Both the position numbers and the translations under genes were made by a program. The notes under the pieces are model-generated. The model was not told where the DNA came from. It made no database searches and was given only the letters and a program-made list of their open reading frames with translations. Below, in pieces: positions 59,950 through 64,000 of a stretch of DNA of 64,000 nucleotides; positions within the stretch are counted from its first letter, which is position 1, and each line of letters begins with the position of its first letter. The stretch is from Octopus sinensis (taxonomy: Eukaryota): contig NC_043023.1 in NCBI RefSeq assembly GCF_006345805.1, positions 4,588,001-4,652,000 of the forward strand, written 5' to 3'.

Positions 59950-60520
59950 TACTATATTGAAAAAATATGTCACCAAGGAAAAGACGTAATCTCTCTAGAA
60001 ACAAGTAAAGGACAATTGTAGAAAAGCAAAGGTGAGAGTCTGAAGAGAGAAAGGAGATGAGACTTCCTCAAGATCAGCAAACACATGCTGCAGCACATCA
60101 AATGGAGTCTCAAGAGAGAAGTGAGATGTGACTTTCCCAAGATTGGTAAGGGCATGCTGCAGCACCTAATGCTGAATCATTAAAACAACATTTTAATGAA
60201 TAGACATTCATCCAATGGAATAGCTCTCAGAAACAGACTACATGCAAATTCTTTCTTCACACCTCTTGGAACTGCAGTTAACTTGAACTTTGAATGTTGA
60301 ACATTTAACGTTGGTATAAATCCACATTCAACCATCTCCTTAGATGCACCAAATGATGTCATTTGAAATGCAGAGTTGTATTGTCTGATATTATTCAGAA
60401 AATCCTTTGACTGGCTGGAAGTGCCTCCCAGAGGATCTATAAGAGGTTTAGGAGGAGCTGGTGGTGCTGGCAATGTTACCTTACTGCCTGAGCAGTGCAT
60501 GCCATTAGTTTCATTCAGAA
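59950..60520. mobile_element. Helitron RepHel remnant with internal inversion
   Basis: The + strand 59960-60200 has decayed E..RL..D..AA repeats typical of Helitron N-termini. The - strand 60180-60500 reads KVTLP..PPKPL..SKDFLNNIRQYNSAFQMTSFGA. Confidence 0.75.
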
Positions 60521-60849
60521 ATTTTCAAGCTTTGCAGAGATGACAATTTGAGTTTAGCACACCAATTTGGACAAAATTATCCTTTTTATAGGAATGGGAT
60601 GGTTCAGTCCCACTGTCTGATGTCTTGGGAAAGTGTCTTCTATTACAGCCTCAGGTTGACCAAATCCTTGTGAGTGGATTCGGTAGACTGAAAGAAGCCC
60701 ATCATGTATGTGTGTGTGTGTATCTTTGTGTCTATGTATGAGTACCCCTCTACTGCTTGACAACCAGTATGCAATTGTTAGATACTTGATATTTCAATGT
60801 AGTTAGAAGCAAACTTGTGACAAGACAGGTTGTATTTAGTGTGCTTGGG

Positions 60850-61770
60850 ATCACCCTGAAAATGAACCGAAACAAACATTATCAACAGCCTCATGCTTTT
60901 TTATTTTAGGAAAAGCAAGAAAGTAGTGAAAATCTGCAGGAAGATATCTGCTGTGTATGAAGAGGATGCTGTTACAGAATGTGTGTGCCAGAAGTGGTTT
61001 GCAAGGTTTTAATTAAGAAATTTTGGGATTGAAGATGCACTTCTTTCTGGAGCAATAAAATGAACGAGTTAGTCAACACTAACCCCCCTCTTCCCCCCAA
61101 TTATATGACCAAGATGATCACAGATATTCTTCTTTTGTCTTAACTGAGTGTTGAAAATCATCTCCATCACCTTGGTTGAGCCAGCAAGTTCAGTGTTTTG
61201 GTCCCACAGGAGTTGAATGAGGCTAACCTTGCCCAAGGGATTTCCATCTGTAATTTGTTGCAGAAATATGAAGAAAATTATCCTTTTGCTTTGAAGAGAA
61301 TGGTGACAGGAGATGAGGAGAAACTGGATTGTCTACATAACAGTATGAAGTGCAAATGATCATGGGCAAGGTACTGGCAACTCAGGCAGGGGGGGCACCG
61401 AAGGAGGGTGTGACAAAGACAAGGAAATTTCCACAACCATCAGCTTGTACACACATCAGTGTGTACAAGCTTGCCTAGGGTGCCAGCGACCCTAGGACTG
61501 GCCCTGATCATGGGTGAAGTACAGTGAACTGCCACAAACAACTTCCAAGGCAGGATTTCACTCAAAGAAGGTTCTGCTTTTAATTTGGTAGGATTGGAAG
61601 GATGTTATTTTATGCAAGCTTCTTTCGATCAATTTGGACATGTACCAAGACCAGCAGGACAAATTAAATGCAGTGAATTACCAGAAGTGCTCAACAGTTA
61701 TTAATCATCAGGATATTGTCTTTCATCACAATAGTGCCAGAGTGCACATGTCTTTGCAGTTACTGAGACT
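60850..61770 (+). mobile_element. Mariner remnant
   Basis: Decayed HTH (VYEEDAVTECVCQKWFARF), VPQELNEANL, MVTGDE and FHHNSARVH. Confidence 0.8.
61367..61506. mobile_element. 140-bp hAT-like MITE inserted in the mariner
   Basis: 8-bp TSD ATCATGGG (61359-61366, 61507-61514), CA...TG ends and an internal hairpin agcttgtacac/gtgtacaagct. Confidence 0.75.
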
Positions 61771-61774
61771 TACT

Positions 61775-61979
61775 CTTTTACTTGTTTCAGTCATTTGACT
61801 GTGGCCATGCTGGAGCACTGCCTTTACTCAAGCAAATTGACCCCAGTCAATAAGCCTAGTACTTATTCTATTGGTCTCTTTTGCCGAACCGCTAAGTTAC
61901 GGGAATGTAAACACACCAGCATCGGTTGTCAAGTGATGTTGGGGGGACAAACACAGACACACAAACACATACACACACA

Positions 61980-61985
<6 letters not shown>
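61775..61985 (-). mobile_element. SINE 3' half
   Basis: tactcttttacttgtttcagtcatttgactgtggcc... family tail. Confidence 0.8.
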
Positions 61986-62050
<65 letters not shown>

Positions 62051-62069
62051 GTATATATATATACATACA

Positions 62070-62520
62070 AAATCAGGGACAGGGGACATCCCTGACGCAC
62101 TGAGCGCTTGATCCTGAATGGCTTTGAAAGGAAACCATTCACTTTTACAATGGACTCGATGTCACTGTACAACGCAGCAATCCAACCGCGGACGGTCAGG
62201 CCCAGGCCAGCCTTCTCAAGGACCACCGCCTTAGACTAGTCTAAATGTACCTGTGCCCCCCTCCCGCGCCAGAAAGCTTCCCTACCCTCTCGAAGGAGTA
62301 GTGTATAAGGTGGAGATTGTCGTGGATCATCCTGCACTTCCCTGACAAGAGGACCTGCGCCAACCTTTTCACTAGCACCTTGGCCAAAATCTTTAACTCA
62401 TAAGGCAGACCATTGAGACCCGGCGACTACCTCGATCACTTCCTCAGCCCTTACCCACCATATTAGCTTGATCTTGGACTTTCAGATGCTTGAGTTTTTC
62501 TAAAATTCATTGAATAGACA
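62070..62520 (-). mobile_element. L1/Tx1-clade RT fragment
   Basis: KILAKVLVKRL..IHDNLHLI and [36 protein letters not shown]. Confidence 0.8.
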
Positions 62521-62659
62521 GACTTTCAGATCTGAAAAGGATGCAAAAATTCATCTGGAAGAATTTTTCCCCAATAAGGTCAAGAAATTATTTGAGCAAG
62601 GAATAATGGATCTGTCCACAAAATAGCAGAAGTTGCTAGAAATTGTAATATCATTACAG

Positions 62660-63315
62660 GTTGAACAAAGTTGGACATAAGAAGCATCAGATGTGGTGTG
62701 CAAGAGAGATGACTGCACTGGGATGGTCATGTGTTGCATATGGATGAGGACAGCTGTGTCACACCCTAGCAGTAGAGGGAACCTTTGGAAGAGGTAGACC
62801 CAGGAAGACTTGGGAGGAGGTGGTGAAGCATGACCTTCAAACATTGGCCCTCACCGAGGTGATGACAAGTGGCTGAGATATGCTGTGCTTGAGAAGACCT
62901 GGCAAACCAAGTGAGACCAATGCAGCATAACCAGCCCACTTAATAGTACTCTTCAATCATTGGGCAATAAATTGCGCTTGTGAAGACCTGTTGAGGCAAG
63001 GGAAGTCATTGTCGTAGCTGATGACAAGTACCACCTGATTGGCACCTGAGTGGTTCTGTGCTGGTGGCATGTAAAAAGCACCATTTGAGCATGGTCAATG
63101 CCAGTGCCACCTAACTGATTCCCATGCCGGTGGCATGTAAAAAGCAGCCACTACACTCTCGGAGTGGGTGGCATTAGGAAGGGCATCCAGCTGTAGAAAC
63201 ATTGCCAGATCAGATTGGAGCCTGGTGCAGCCTCCTGGTTTGCCAGTCCCCAGTCAAACCGTCCAACCCATGCCTGCATGGAAAACGGATGTTAAACGAT
63301 GATGATGATGACGAT
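62660..63315 (+). mobile_element. RTE LINE 3' end (C-terminus, 3' UTR, GAT tail)
   Basis: IRCGVQER.LHWDGHVLHMDEDS..GRPRKTWEEVVK, then the shared tail and gatgatgatgat at 63298-63310. Confidence 0.85.
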
Positions 63316-63742
63316 GTACAAATGCTTTCCTTCACCACCTTGCTATCAAATAGCTGGCCAGTCAAAATTTACTCCATATTTGAAAAGAAAAAGAGAACAT
63401 ATGCATTGATATACAACATAGTACAAGTGTAGAGGTAGCAGAGGCTGAAATGAACAATAAAAAGCCTTTGATGTATCAACAGCACTCCAGTCTGGTCACA
63501 TTGTAATGCCTGCACTTAGTAAAATAAAAGAATGCACTTGAATGAATCACTTATTGTCATTACTTGTATATTATATGCCTTGGGAAATCAGGGTAGAAAT
63601 CCATGAGAATGATATTGTGTCAGTCCTGAGATCAGCTCATTTAACAGTCATCAGCTCTCTCTCTCTTCTGTCATGTTCGCTGTCAGTAGTCAGTAAATAA
63701 ATACTGTGCTTTAACCTTGATCTTGTCTCTGTGTGCATGCGA

Positions 63743-63773
<31 letters not shown>

Positions 63774-64000
63774 TGTTATCAAGCCATTCACTGCCTTTAT
63801 ACACTGTGTATATGTTTGGACTGTTAATCATGTGTGTGTATGTATGTGTGTATGTGTGTACAAGTGTGAATATGTGTGCATGTGTATGTATATGAGTGTG
63901 TGTGTGTGTGTATGAATACATGTGTATTTGTTCATGTTTATAAGCATTTGTGTGTGTATGTGCATGTGTGCATGTGAATGTTTCTTATCAATACAATTAC

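Overview
AT-rich, microsatellite-dense eukaryotic DNA. The SINE/LINE content strongly suggests an octopus (coleoid cephalopod) genome; this is an inference. One host gene is supported: four phase-consistent GT-AG coding exons on + (29701-29942, 33456-33588, 44386-45258, 47717-49365). They give about 965 aa of a single-pass membrane protein with a divergent CUB-like ectodomain and an ~800-aa low-complexity tail. Its 5' exon(s) were not found. The rest is mostly decayed transposons: Ty3/Gypsy, Tc1, mariner, maT-like, hAT, Helitron, piggyBac-type and hAT MITEs, CR1/L2-type, RTE and L1/Tx1 LINEs, and tRNA-derived SINEs. The most notable signal is a recurring set of minimal type I hammerhead ribozymes. 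Complete folds were found by hand at 8790-8850, 11892-11976, 34579-34626/34985-35032 and 41317-41362. A variant with an apparent compensatory A3-U8 core swap lies at 50798-50832/50944-50978. They occur in terminally redundant ~470-480 bp units, long fold-back elements and a tRNA-promoter-plus-ribozyme element, near three Penelope-like GIY-YIG endonuclease remnants. This points to a Penelope/retrozyme-like system. All folds and alignments were done by eye; no ribozyme activity or database match has been verified.
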